From Callorhinchus milii (taxonomy: Eukaryota), in contig NW_024704742.1 in assembly GCF_018977255.1 (NCBI RefSeq), forward strand, positions 117,492,001-117,556,000: a stretch of DNA of 64,000 nt. The letters run 5' to 3'. The notes under the pieces are model-generated. The model saw only the letters and a list, made by a program, of their open reading frames with translations, had not been told where the DNA came from and ran no database searches. A program made the translations under genes and the position numbers. Position 1 is the first letter of the stretch. Each line of letters begins with the position of its first letter. Positions 50,878 to 64,000 of this stretch are shown in pieces.

Positions 50878-53800
50878 AAAATAAGCAGCATAGAAGGAGG
50901 CCATTCGACCCATCATGCCTGTGCCATCATACCTGTGCAGGCTCTTTGGAAGAGCTACCCAATCAGTCTCACTGCCCCGCTCTCTCCCCATATCCTTGCA
51001 ATTTTTTCCTTTACAGGTACCTATACATTTCCCCCACAAAACACAAAGTCACTCCACTTTACGATATATCCTGTGAAGCACTTTGAGGTGTCTCGAAGAT
51101 GTGATAAGGCACTATATCAAAAATCCAAGGTGACTTCTATCCAATTCTCTTTTGAAAGTTGTTATTGAATCTGTTTCCACTACCCTTTCAGGCAGTATAG
51201 TCCAACTCTCTGTTTAAAAAAAATTCTCCTAATCTCCCCTCAGATTCCTTTGCTAATTATCTTGAATCTATATGGTTACCGACCCACCTGCCTGTGGAAA
51301 CAGTTTCTCTCTATCTACTCTATCAAAACCCCTCATATTTTGAACATAACAACAACAAAATTACATTTGTGTAGCGCCTTTCACATCAAGAGGACTTCCC
51401 AAGGCGCTGGACAGTCAGAGATTTGGACCCGAGCTGGGGGTCGGGATCGGGGAGGGTGGAGAGCAGAGGGGGAAGCAGGGTGATCGAAAGCAAGGTCAAA
51501 GAGGAGGGTCTTGAGATGGGTCTTGAAGGAGGCAAGGGAGGGAGCCAGGCGGAGTGACTGCAAGATGGAGTTCCAGAGGGTGGGGGCAGAGTGGCAGAAG
51601 GCCTGCCCGCCAATGGTAAGGGAAGCAAGGCGGGGAATGTGAAGCAGGCTGGAGCTTCTATTAAATCTCCCCTTAACCTTCTCTGCTCTAAGGAGAACAA
51701 TCACAGCTTCTCTAGTCTCAACAACAACTTGCATTTATATAGCACCCTTCATGCCTCACTTTCACACCTCGTCCTCACTTTCAAGGCCATCCATGGATTT
51801 GCCCCCTCCTACCTCTCTGACCTGCTGACTCCCTACCAACCTGCCCGCTCCCTCTGTTCAGCGGGCTCCAGCCTGCTCCATGTCTCCCACCCAACCCACC
51901 CTACCATCGGTGGCCGGGCTTTCAGCCTCTCTCTGGAACTCCATCCCCCAGTGCCTTCGCCTCGCTTCCTCCCTTGCCTCCTTCAAAGCCGGTCTCAAGA
52001 CCCTCCTCTTCGACCGTGCCTTTGTTACTCTCCCACCTCTCTGCCTTCCCTCACCCCTACACCACCCCTCCCCCATGCTTGGGCCCCAACACCTGACTGT
52101 TCAGCGCTTTGGGACGTCCTCCCGACGTGAAAGGCGTTCTATAAATGTAATTTTGTTGTTGTGGTTGTTGTTCACGCGGGGTCACAGCCCGGAGCGCTTC
52201 ACAGTGGAAGACTCTGACAACGAGCCGGGGGAGAGGGAGGGGTTCAGGTGACCATAAGCACGGTCAAAAATGAAGGACTTTAGGTGGGATTTGAAGGTGG
52301 GGAGGGAGGGAGCATGACACTCCACATAACTAAAGTCCCTCATCCCTGGTATCATTATGGTAAATCTCCTCTGCACCCTCTCCAAGACCTTGATATGCTT
52401 CCTAAAGTGTGGTGCCAGAATTGGACACAGTACTCCATCTGAGACCTGAACATTGACTCATAGCAGAACTTCTTTGCTTTTGTTCTCAATGCTTCTATTT
52501 ATAAAGCCAAGGATTCCTTATGCTTTTTAACAGCTCTATCAACCTGTCCTGCAACTTTCAAGGATCTGTATATGTGAACCCCCAGGTCTCTCTGCTCCTG
52601 TATCTCCTTTAAAAGTGTTCCATTTATTATATATTGCATCTCCTCATTCTTCCTACCAAAATGCATCACCTCACACTTCTCTGCATTAAATTTCATCTGC
52701 CATGTGCTGCACATTTCACCTGTCTATGTCAGCCTGCAGTCTGCTACCATCCTCCCCACTGTTTACTATTGCTGGGAAAAATGAATCCCGGGTTCAATCA
52801 AAAGACTCGACAAATACCAAATATGGCGTGACACACCTTTGAATGCTTTATTTTAATAGACAACAGGTAATATTAATAATAATAATAATAATCCTTGCAT
52901 TTGATATAGCGCTTTTCACTCTTCTAGACATCCCAAAGCGCTTCACAGAATATATTGTAAAGTGAATTGACTGTATAGTTGTGGGAGAACGTGGCAGCCA
53001 ATTGCACACAGCAATGTCCCACAAACAGTCATGGATTGAAAATGACCAATTTATTATTGTTTTTTTGTTTTTTGGAGGGATATTAATAGATTATTATTGG
53101 AGTAAGGAAACTTGCCCAAGGTTTCGCCCTGCCTGGAATTGAACTCAGGTCTCTCACTTGCAAAGCGAGTGCTCTAACCATTGAGCTACAGGACTCCACA
53201 ATATTAATCATACAATACAAAGAAAAGTAAAATGATCCAATAAGCAATACTAGAATACAATGATTATATCAAAGTATAATGATTATACTTGACTATATTA
53301 TATTAAAAACACATTGGATACATGCAGTTAAGAAATACTCATACTACCAGTTTAATGGAGTAAGGAGCAGCAGTTCTTCGTCGTCCTTCTCTTGTGCCCG
53401 AGTAGCTTAGTGATATACTCGCAAACTTATGGTGTTCCTCTGATCTATGCTACTGGACTGACTATCTCCCTCTAACATGCCCTTTTTATCCAGGCTTTTG
53501 GGTGTTTTTTCCCAATTTCTGCACATCTCTTGACGTTTGGTCTGACCGGACAAGATAACTGATATTTTTCTAAAACATGTCCTTCTTTCAGTTACCTCCC
53601 TTAAGTCCTGTTTGTGCAGGAGGCCCATAAGGTAGGCTTCAACCTTGATGTATCAAGGATACATCTGTCTCCTAATCTCTACTCTTCCAGCTTGCTTCTT
53701 CCTTTCTTACTCATTAACTCATACTAATTGTTCTAGTTATGATGAAAAACCTCCTGACTATGACATGTATCCTGGACCAAGGTTACCTAGTTTTCTTCCG

Positions 53801-54340
53801 TTTTCCCTCCTTTAGCCAATGTATGCATATTTTGAGCACACATCTGTCTGTTATCCAGCTAGTGTTCCTCTATTTCTTCTAATTGCTTCTTTTGAGATTC
53901 TGTCTGACTATTATCCTGATTCATTGCTGACAACCTCCAACATGCACCATCTGAGAGTATTATATTGGTACTTCCTTTAACATGCTGCTGATTCTCCACA
54001 ATCAACAATTAAACATCTGGATTAACAAAGAAGAGAAAAATCTGTTTTACCATAATCCTAATATACATTTTATATTGATACCATTTTCATACATTTTATA
54101 TGGATACCATCTTCTCCCAACACTATGTTCCCAAGTTTTGTGTCATCTGCAAACTTTAAAATGTTGCTCTTTATACTCAAGTCCAAGTCATTTATATATA
54201 TCAAAAAGAGCAATGAACCTAATACCAACTTTATACTTCCTTCCAGTCTGAAAAACAACCATTCCATCACTACCCTCTACTTTCTGTCCCTCAGCTAACA
54301 TCAGCCACTCTAACTTATAAAGCCTAATCTGTTTTAACTA
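50878..54340 (-). mobile_element. Fragmented CR1 hosting L2, SINE and LTR insertions
   Basis: KFADDTK, WQMKFNAEKC, LEQRRLRGDL pieces in order on minus. Confidence 0.85.
52770..54122 (-). mobile_element. Solo LTR with CTAT TSD and nested SINE (52869-53200)
   Basis: TG...CA ends, AATAAA near the 3' end, ctat at 52766-52769 and 54123-54126; CR1 rejoins. Confidence 0.85.
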
Positions 54341-55481
54341 CCACAATGAATTACAGAACAAGTCTAGGGCTTAGGAATGTGTGATCACAAGTGCTCCCAA
54401 TGATAAAGTGAGAAGATATTTCAAGCAGTTGAACTTCACCCAGAGGCATTGAACAATTAATTTTTTTTGAGGGTTGTTAAAGCCTCACTGCACCAAAACT
54501 TAAAGCCCTCAATTCCCCTCAATTATTTTTATAGAATCATTATTGGTTGTGATGTTTGTTTAGGTCAGGATTGTCCAACCATTTGGCTGCTGAGGGCAAA
54601 ATGCCCTATTTGACAAACGACTATTGGCTGCAAAATCAATATTTTTATATTTCCCTTCCAGAGCATAATATAACATTTACAGCACTTTTTTCATGTCGGA
54701 AGGACTTCCAAAGCACTCCACACTGCTGGCTGGTAACCCGAGCTGGAGGTAGGAGCCGAGGGAGACGGGGTGGTGAGGGATGACCAAAAGTGCAGTCAAA
54801 GAGTTTGGTCCTTGATACGCCTTGAAAGAGAGGAGGGAGAGAGAGATTTCGAGGGACTTCAGGAATGAAGCTCCAGAGAGCTGGGACTAAATAGCGATGG
54901 TGGGTCAAATAGGGTGGGGGGACATGAAGCAAGGGGAATGGCCAGGTCGTGAGATCTCAGAAGTAAGGTTCGAGGGGGGATGAAGGTGATAGAGGACTTT
55001 CTCACCAAGGAGAGAGACAGCTCTCTGTCTGGAAGCTTCACAGCTCGTCACTTGGTGTCTGCCCTCGGCTCCGACCGCAGCATTCAAAGGAAGCTCTGAT
55101 CTTCTGTCCTGATAGTGAACCACAAAATGCTGCCCTCACTCCCCCACCCTCTCTCTCTCTCTCTCTCCCTCTTTCTGTTAATCTCTCTCTCTCTCTCCCC
55201 CTCTCCTCCCCCACCCCCCACTCTCTCTTTCTCACTCTCTCCTCTCTCAATCACTCTCGCTTTCCCTTCTGTCTCGCCCCCTCACACAGACTCATTTACT
55301 CTCAATTACTGCCTGAACCTAATAATCCTTGCATTTGATATAGCGCCTTATCATGTCTTTGAGTCTCAAAGCGCTTCACAGAATATACTGTAAAGTGAAT
55401 TGACTGTATATATTGTAGGCAAACTACGGCACAGCAGTGTTCCACAAACAGTTTTTGGATTTATTTTTTAAGGGATTATTA

Positions 55482-58400
55482 CATAGGAACATAGGAATTA
55501 GGAGCAGGAGTAGGCATTCGGCCTCTCAAGCCTGCCCCGCCATTCAATAAAATCATGGCTGATCTTCTAACCTAACTCTATCTGCCCACCTTATCCCCAT
55601 ATACCTTAATCCCTCTATACTTTAGAAACCTATCGATCTCAGTGTTGAATATGTTCAAGGACTGGCATCCACAGCTTTCTGGGGTAGAGAATTCCATAAA
55701 TTCACTACCCTCTGAGTGAAGAAGTGTTTCCTCAACTGTGTTTGAAAGGGCTGTCCCTTAACCTTAAGACTGTGACCCCTAGTTCTAGATTCTCCTACCA
55801 GGGGAAAGGCCATTTTCGCATGCGTCAAAGAACGGCGGTAGCTATGGAGATGCTCGAGCCACAGTTGGTGATGAACTATCAGGCCAGTTTTCTGCTATCT
55901 GCTCTCAAGCAGCCGAGTTTGGGTTTTTAGGGAGCGGAGATGATTGTTATACCAGGGGTATCAGGAGGGTTTGGAGATGGTCCTGGATTTCAGGGGGACA
56001 AGGGAGTTGAAGGTGGAGGAGAGGTGATCATGGAACAGCTGGACGACAGCTTTAGGATCTCTGCAGGTGGAAGGCCAGAGGGATAAGATATTTGAGGATG
56101 TGAGGGGCTTTGTGAGGGTGTCAGGATGTCCTTTTCCACAAGCGGTAGAGTATGGTTGAGGACTTGGCGGAGGAGAAAGAGATGTGAAAGGAGAAGAAGA
56201 TGAGGAAGTGGTCCGACTAGTCTATAGTTCCCCATCTTCTCTCTCCCACCCTTCTTAAATAGTGGTGTTATGTTTCCAATCTTCCAATCAATGGGAACTG
56301 TTCCAGAATCCAGAGAATTTTGGAAGATCATAAACAAGGCATCCACTATCTCAGCAGTCACCTCTTTTAAAACCCTAGGATGCAGGCCATCAGGTCCAGG
56401 GGATTTGTCATTTTTCAATCCCAACAGTTTCCCTTGTAATAATTCTTTACTGATGTTAATTTCCCTAAGTTGCTCATTAACATTAGAGGTTCCCCTCTAT
56501 TTTTGATAAGTTTTCCGTGTCTTCTAACGTGAAGACAGAAGCAAAGTATTTGTTTAATGACTCTGCCATATCTTTATCCTCCATTATAATTCATCCTGTC
56601 TCTGCCTGTAATGGACCCACCTTCACTTTTGCTAGTCTCTTCCTCTTAATGTATTTGTAAAAACTATTGCAGTCTTTCTTTATGTTCCCAGCTAATTTGC
56701 CCTCATAGTCCATTTTCTCCCACCTAATCAATTTCTTAGTTGATCTCTGAAATCCTCCCAATCCTCAGGTTTACTGCTCTTTTTGGCAGTATTATAGATC
56801 TCTTCTATTAACTTTATACTTTCCCCAACTGCTCTAGTTATCCATGGTTGAATCATTTTTCCCGTGGTATTTTTATTCCTCAAGGAACTATGTGATCGCT
56901 GGTGTCTTGTTCGACCCTCAACTGTCTTTTCTCCCCCACATTCAAGCCATGACCTGCTCTGCCTTCCCTCACCTCCGTAACATCGCCTGACTCCGCCACT
57001 ACCTCACCCTTCAAGCCGCTGAAACTCTTGTTCATGCCTTCGTCATCTCCAGGCTCGGCTATGCAAACACCCTGCTTATCGGCCTTCCCAACTCCTCACT
57101 CCACAGGCTGCATATAACCCAGAACTCTGCAGCCCATGTCCTCTCCCGCACCAAACTCCGTGACCCCATCTCCCCACCTCTCGCTCGACTCCACAGGCTC
57201 CCTATCCTTCAGAGGATCTAGTTCAAGATCCTGGTCCTCACATACAAAGCCCAACGTGGCCTCGCCCCACCCTACCTCTGTGACCTCCTAACCCCCTACC
57301 AACCTGCCCGTTCTCTCCGTTCAGCCGGCTCCAGCCTGCTCCACATCCCCCGACCCACCCACCCCACCATTGGTAGGAGAGCCTTCAGCCACTCTGCCCC
57401 CAACCTCTAGAATTCCATCCCCCAGTCACTCCGCCTCTCCTCCTCCTTAGCCTCCTTCAGTCCTGCCTCAAGACCCTCCGCTTCGACCATGCCATCGGCC
57501 ATCCCCTTCCCCTCCCCTCCCTTCCCAAACTTGGGTCTGAAATGCTATACTCTGTCCAGCGCCTTGGGACGTCCTCCCGACGTGAAAGGCGCTATACAAA
57601 TGTAATCTTGTTGTTATATCTTTAAAGGTTTGCCATTGCTAGTCTACTGTCATATCCTTTAATCTAATTCCCCAATCTATTTTTGCTAAATCCTCTCTCA
57701 TACCTGCAAAGTTAGCTCTATTTAAATTTAAGACCCTTGCCTTCGGACTTAACTGCATTACATAATGCTAAATTCCATCATGTTATGGTCACTCTGCCTT
57801 AGAGGAGCCTTAACTTCCTGATTGTTGATTAGCCCTATTTCATTACATAAAACAAGATCTAGGATAGCCTGTTCCCTGGTTGGTTCCTCAGCATACTGAT
57901 CTAGAAAACTATCTTTAATGCATTCTATAAACTGCTTCTCTAACTTACCTTTGTCAATTTGGTTTTCCCAATCTATATGAAGATAAAAATCACCCACTAT
58001 TAGTGTATTTCCTTTGCTATATGCTTCTCTAATTTCGTGGTTAATACTGCGCAATACTGTGACTGCTGTTCAGGGGTCTATAAACTACTCCCATTAGTGT
58101 TTTCTGCCCCTTGTTATTTCATAATTCCACCCATACTGACTCTACATCCTGATTTTCTGATTTAAAATCCTTCCTCTCTATTGTTTTTATCTCAACCTTT
58201 ATTAGCAGGGCTAACCCCCCCACCTCATTTTATACATTGCCTATCTTTCCTATATGCTGAATACCCCGGAATATTTAGCTCCCATTATGGATCCCCTTGT
58301 AACCACATCTCAATAATGGCTACTAGATCATACCCATTTGTTTCTATTTGTGCCATTAATTAATCTATCTTATTACGAATGCTTCGTGCATTCAGATAAA

Positions 58401-58850
58401 GCGCTTTTAATTTCGACTTCTTGCTATTTCCCCTACTCGCTAATGCCCTATTTTCTTTGCTGAGCTTCTTGTCCCTCTTTGACACACTCTGTTTATCTCC
58501 CTCGTTAATCTGCTCTACCACCTTCATCGTTTACTTCTGCTAGTTTACTTCTAACTGCAGTTGTAGCCTTCCCTCTCTCCTGCCAGTAGTTTAAAGCTCT
58601 GCTTACTTCCCTATTTATTCGTTTTGCCAAGACATTGGTCCCAGCCCAGTTTAGGTGGAGCCCATTTCTATGGAAAAGCTTCCTTTTCCCCCAATACTGG
58701 TGCCAGTGGCCCATAAAATGAAACACCTTCCCCCCGCACCACTCTTTCAGCCACGAATTTAATTCTATAATTTATTTGTGCCTGTACCAATTTGCACATG
58801 GCTCAGGCAGTAATCCTGATATTATTACTTTGGAAGTCCTACTTTTTGAA
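55482..58850 (-). mobile_element. CR1 (esterase-type ORF1 end, EN, RT start, 3' tail) with L2 insertions
   Basis: NGLHLN SGNH-like ORF1, VGDFY, SDHN, KSPGPDG; L2 at 55830-56210(-) and 56905-57614(+). Confidence 0.9.
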
Positions 58851-58875
58851 GATTAGGGTTAGGGTTAAAAAGTTT

Positions 58876-61588
58876 TTAACTGGCTATCATGTATTCAGGA
58901 GGGATAAGGAAGGAAAAAAAGGAGGGTGTGTGGCTATGTTATCAAGGATAAGGTTACAGCCATGGAAAGGGTTGAGGTGCTGGAGGGCCCCAAAACAGAA
59001 TCTATCTGGTTAGAGTTAAGGAACAAAAAAGGAGCTGTTATGCTGGTAGGGGTATACCTTAGACCACCAAATAGTGGGGAGGAAATAGATGAGCAGATCT
59101 GCAAGCAGATCTCAGACAGATGCAAGGCCAATAGAGTCGTGATAATGAGGGACTTTAATTATCCCAACATAGACTGGCAAAACAACAGCGCAAAGGGCAA
59201 GGAGGGGGAAAAATTCCTAAAATGCACACAGGACAACTTTCTTCATTAGTTTGTTTCCAGCCCAACGAAGAAGGAAGTGGAGCTGGATCTCGTTCTGGGG
59301 AATGAAGTAGGGCAAGTGGAGCAGGTTTCAGTGGGAGAACATCTGGGCTATAGTGATCACAACATCATTAGATTCAGAGTGCATATGGAAAGGGACAAGG
59401 AACCATCTAAGGTGAAGATACTCAACTGGAAGAGGGCACATTTCAGTGAGTTAAAAAGGGACCTAGCCAAGGTGGACTGGAAAGAAAGATTGGCAAGTAA
59501 AACAACTAAAGAGCAGCGGGAAGTCTTCAAGGATGAGATAGCTCGGGGACAGAATAAATACATTCCCACAAAAGGGAAAAGTAGGGCATCCAAACCTCCC
59601 TGGATGACGAAAGCAATTGTATCTAGAATGAAGCAGAAAAAGGAGGCTTGTGACAAATGTCAAACCCAAGATACAGAAGACAACCAAATAGAATATAGGA
59701 AGTGCAGAAGAGAACTAAAAAAGAAAATAAGAGGGGCAAAAAGATTATACGAAAAAAGGTTAGCAGGTAACATTAAAGGGAATTCTAAAATATTTTACAA
59801 ACATATCAAGAAAAAGAGGTTAGTCAAAGGTAGGGTGGGGCCAATTAAGGACCAAGGCTGAAATCTTATTATGGAGGCAGAGGGCATGGCTAATATACTG
59901 AATGAGTACTTTGCATCTGTCTTCACAAAAGAAGTGGATGCACCAAATGCCGTTGTATTGGAGGAGAGGGTAGAAATGGATAGGATAAGTATAAACAGAG
60001 AGGAACTACTGAAAAGGTTGACTGCGCTGAAGGTAGATAAGTCGCCCGGTTTGGACGGGCTGCAGCCAAGGGTACTATGAGAAGCAAGGGTACAAATAGC
60101 GGAGGCTTTGGCTACAATTTTTCAATCTTCGTTGGACACAGGAGTGGTACCAGAGGACTGGAGAGTGTCCAATGTTACTCCCCTGTACAAAAAGGGACAG
60201 AAGGACAAACCTGGGAACTACAGGCCAGTCAGCCTAACATCAGTAGTGGGGAAACTCCTGGAGACTATAATCCGGGACAGAATAAATCTTCACTTAGAAG
60301 AATATGGGTTAATTAGCGACAGCCAATATGGATTTGTTAAAGGCAAATCTTGTCTAACAAATCCAATAGAATTTTTCGATGAGGTAACAGAGAGGGTGGA
60401 TAAAGGTAGTGCAGTTGATGTAGTTTATTTGGACATTCAAAAGGCATTAGACAAAGTGCCACATGAAAGACTTGTAAGAAAGATAGAAGCCCATGGTATA
60501 AAAGGGAGAGTGGCAGCATGGATCCAGAACTGTCTGGAAGACAGAAAACAGAGAGTTGTGGTGAACAGCTGCTTTTCTGACTGGAGCGAAGTGAACAGTG
60601 GCATCCCCCAGGGATCGGTAGTGGACCACTGCTCTTCTTAATATACATAAATGATCTGGACTTGGGTATACCAAGTACCATTTCCAAGTTTGCGGACAAC
60701 ACAACGTTAGGTAGGGTAGTAAACAGTGAGAAGGATAGGAGCCAACTGCAGGAAGACATAGACAGAATGGTAAAATGGGCAGACACATGGCAGATGAGTT
60801 TTAATGTGGAGAAATGCGAAGTAATGCATTTTGTTAGAAAGAATGAGGGGAGGCAATATAGGCTGGTAATACAATCTTAAGGGGGGTAAAAGAACAGAGA
60901 GACCTAGGGGTGCAGGTAAATGAATCCTTGAAGATGGCAGAACAGGTAGAAAAAGCTGTGAAAAGGGCATATGGGATACTAATAAATAGGGGCATAGAGT
61001 CCAAGAGTCAGGAGGTTATGATTAACCTATATAAAACACTGGTTAGGCCTCAGTTAGAATACTGCACCCAGTTCTGGGCACCACACTATAGGAAGGACGT
61101 TAAGCTATTGGAAAGGATGCAGAGGAGATTTACAAGAATGGGATCAGGAATGAGAGACTTTGATTATGAGGAAAGGCTGGAGAGGCTGGGATTATTCTCA
61201 TTAGAGCAGAGAAGGTTACGAGGAAACCTAATAGATGTCTTCAAAATCATGAGGGGATTTGAAAGGTTAGAAAGGGAAAAACTGTTTCCACTGTTGGGTG
61301 TGTCGGTGACTCGAGGTCACAGATTTAAAATAGTCTCTAAAAGAAGCAGAAGGGAGGTGAGAAGAAATTTCTTCATGCAACGAGTTGTTCGAATCTGGAA
61401 CACATTGCCTGAAAGGGTGGTCGAGGCCGATTTGATAATTACTTTTAAAAATGTGGTGGACAGGTATTTGAGGAGGACAGGTTTGCAGGGTTATGGGGAA
61501 AGGGCTGGGGAGTGGGATTGACAGTACATTGCTCTTTTCAAAGAGCCGGCACAGACTCGATGGGCCAAATGGCCTCTTTTTGTGCTGG
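58876..61588 (+). mobile_element. CR1 near-complete degenerate ORF2
   Basis: EN (DFNYP, SDHN), RT (YRPVSLTS, PQGS, FADNT), C-terminal and 3'UTR. Confidence 0.95.
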
Positions 61589-61589
61589 A

Positions 61590-62957
61590 AAAAAAAGAAC
61601 CAAAAAAGGAAAATGAAGTCCAAAAACAGGTCAATCAACTAATCGGAAAATGGAGCTTTATGCCGATAGAACGAAACATGAAGTGGAGAAAGCTCATTTA
61701 AGAGAAGCAGAAAGGAATAATCAGTATAAAATAAGGGAATTGGGAATTATGGTAGAAAACCAACAAGGTATGGTTAACTTAGCGGCTGCGGAAAGGGTAA
61801 GCAATGTAAAACAGAAACAGTTGATGGAAAAGCTGACAGGAAAACGTCCAACTGAGGAGGCAGTTGGAAGACGGGAGGGGAGCTTTGCATGAGGCTGTAA
61901 GAAGGAATCAGGAACATGATGGAATAAACCATGAGCTGTGTCAGCGGCAAATCAGTCTGCTTAAGCAACAGTTAGGAAGGAGTAGAGCAATAGCAGAAGT
62001 TGTCACCTATGGGACGGTAGGAAAGTCTGATATGCATAATGATGATAATAATAATAATACTAATAATCCTTGCATTTGATATAACGCTTTTCACGTCTTC
62101 TAGATGTCCCAAAGAGCTTCACAGAATATACTGTAAAATTAATTGACTGTATATTTGTGGGTGAACGCGGCAGACAATTGCGCACAGCAGTGTCCCACAA
62201 ACAATCATGGATTGAAAATGACCAATTTATTATTATTTTTGGTTTTGGAGGGATTATTATTAGGCTCTGTGTGGAGTAAGGAAACTTGCCCAAGGTTTCG
62301 CCCTGCCTGGAATTGAACCCAGGTCTCTCGCTTGCAAAGCGAGTGCTCTAACCACTGAGCAACAGGTGTACAGTAAAACCTGTAGAAGTCTGATCTGTAT
62401 AAATCGTATAATTGCTTAAATCCTGCCAAGTCCTGTTCACTTTCCTATTGAACCCACTAGATATATATATGTCTATACAGAGCAAGACCCTCCTCTTCGA
62501 CAGTGTCTTTGGTCACCCTCCTACCCCCTAACCTCCACTTACTCCACCCCTGACTGTGTGTTTGTTGTTGTTGAGATTATAGATGGGAGAATGTGTGAGA
62601 GAGGGGGAAAAAGTGTGTATGGAGGGAGTGTGAGAGAGGGGGGGAGAGAGAGTAATTGAGAGAGAGAAAGTGATTGATATATGGACTGGGGGAGTTTGGA
62701 TGAAAAGGGAGCCCAATATCACTATGATAGAGATTACGGACTCCTGAGTGGTGCAAAGGGACTGGTAGAGGTTTATCAAACTACTCATACTAACCCTCGG
62801 ATGGGGGGACGGGTGTAACTGCTAATTATGAGGAGAATTGCCCGCTTACTCACTCTGAGTGTGAGACTCTAGCCCAGGAACTGGGAATCATTGAGGAAGG
62901 GAGGTGTCCCCTCGAGCTCAGTACGACTTGGAACATTTTTGTACAAAGCCATCCTGG
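61590..62957 (+). mobile_element. gag-like fragment interrupted by a SINE (62042-62373, -)
   Basis: Reverse-complement match to 63590-64000; coiled-coil-like ORF. Confidence 0.8.
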
Positions 62958-64000
62958 TTAGACCCCGGCTGTAGCTCCCTCAGACAATCACAAGCAAAGT
63001 GCCCTCTACCCCCACATTTATAGCATTCGCTAGAGGCATTACTCCAATTACTACCCCTTCCTCCTCATCCTCTGTAATGTCGGCCTCTTCCCCTAATATT
63101 CCACTGATTTGGGAAGGGTCCCTCGACCTCACAGACTTCTTTCTTTACCTTGTTCAGTACGGGATCAGCCTGCGCGAGCTGAGACTGTCTCCATGTCCGC
63201 ATGAATTTATCCATTATTTCCCCCCATGGAGTGTCTCCATTCACCGCTACTGCTAAAGCTGTCTTAACTCGGGGTTGTAATTTCCTTAGAAAAAGGTTTT
63301 TGTAATTGGCAATGTTCCGGAATACGGTCGTGACAGGAGCAATGGCCTGAGAAAGCTCAGATAAACTATGTAACTTCTGTTCGAAAATCTCTGGATTTTC
63401 TGTCTTCCCCTGCTCACACTTCCCAATTTGAGCATGTACATCAATACTTACTACCCCGAGTATCGCTTTAATGGCATCAACCGTTCCCTGTGCTATCGTA
63501 GTTGCACCAAATATCGACGCTCCCAATTGTCCCTTAACGTTTAATACTGTTGCCATCAAAACCACTCTTTCTGTATCCTGATCACTCAACTCAGGATGGC
63601 TTTGTACAAAAATGTTCCAAGTCATACTGAGCTCGAGGGGACACCTCCCTTCAATGATTCCCAGCTCCTGGGCTAGAGCCTCACACTCAGGGTGAGTAAG
63701 CGGGCGATTTGCCTCATAACTAGCAGTTACCCCTTCCTGAGGATTAGTACGTATAGTTTGATAAACCACCTCTACCAATCCCTTTGCACCGCTCAGGAAT
63801 CTATCATAGTGATATTGGGCTCCCTTTTCATCCAAACACCCCCAGTCCATATCATCATCTTTATGCATATTGGACTTTCCTACTGTCCGATAGGTGACAG
63901 CTTCTGCTATTGCTTTACTCCTTCCTAACTGTTGCTTCAGTAGACTGATTTGCCACTGACACAGCTCATGGTTTATTCCATCATGTTCCTGACTCCTTCT
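62958..64000 (-). mobile_element. gag-like fragment with CCHC knuckle
   Basis: 267-aa ORF (LQPRVKTAL, PWGEI shared with the 22.7-kb gag); CYKCGGRGHFACDC after a frameshift. Confidence 0.85.

Overview
Repeat-dense vertebrate genomic DNA, most likely from a cartilaginous fish (inferred from the L2/CR1/Deu-type SINE repertoire). I see no intact protein-coding gene. Most of the window is nested retroelements: L2 and CR1 LINEs, tRNA-derived SINEs sharing the L2 3' tail, LTR/gag remnants with tRNA-Ser and tRNA-Arg primer-binding sites, a solo LTR, and a tiny Penelope-like unit with a decayed hammerhead core. The unique islands between repeats appear to hold degenerate exons of a polycystin-1-family (PKD1-like) pseudogene (signal peptide, PKD repeats, REJ, TOP, S1-S6, C-tail), out of order and on both strands. 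One exon is split by an L2 block, one is broken by a micro-inversion with 18-bp inverted duplications, and two sit in a 927-bp tandem triplication. A disrupted cholesterol 25-hydroxylase-like gene lies beside it at 49.6-50.3 kb. All protein-family assignments come from manual translation and remembered motifs, not database searches.
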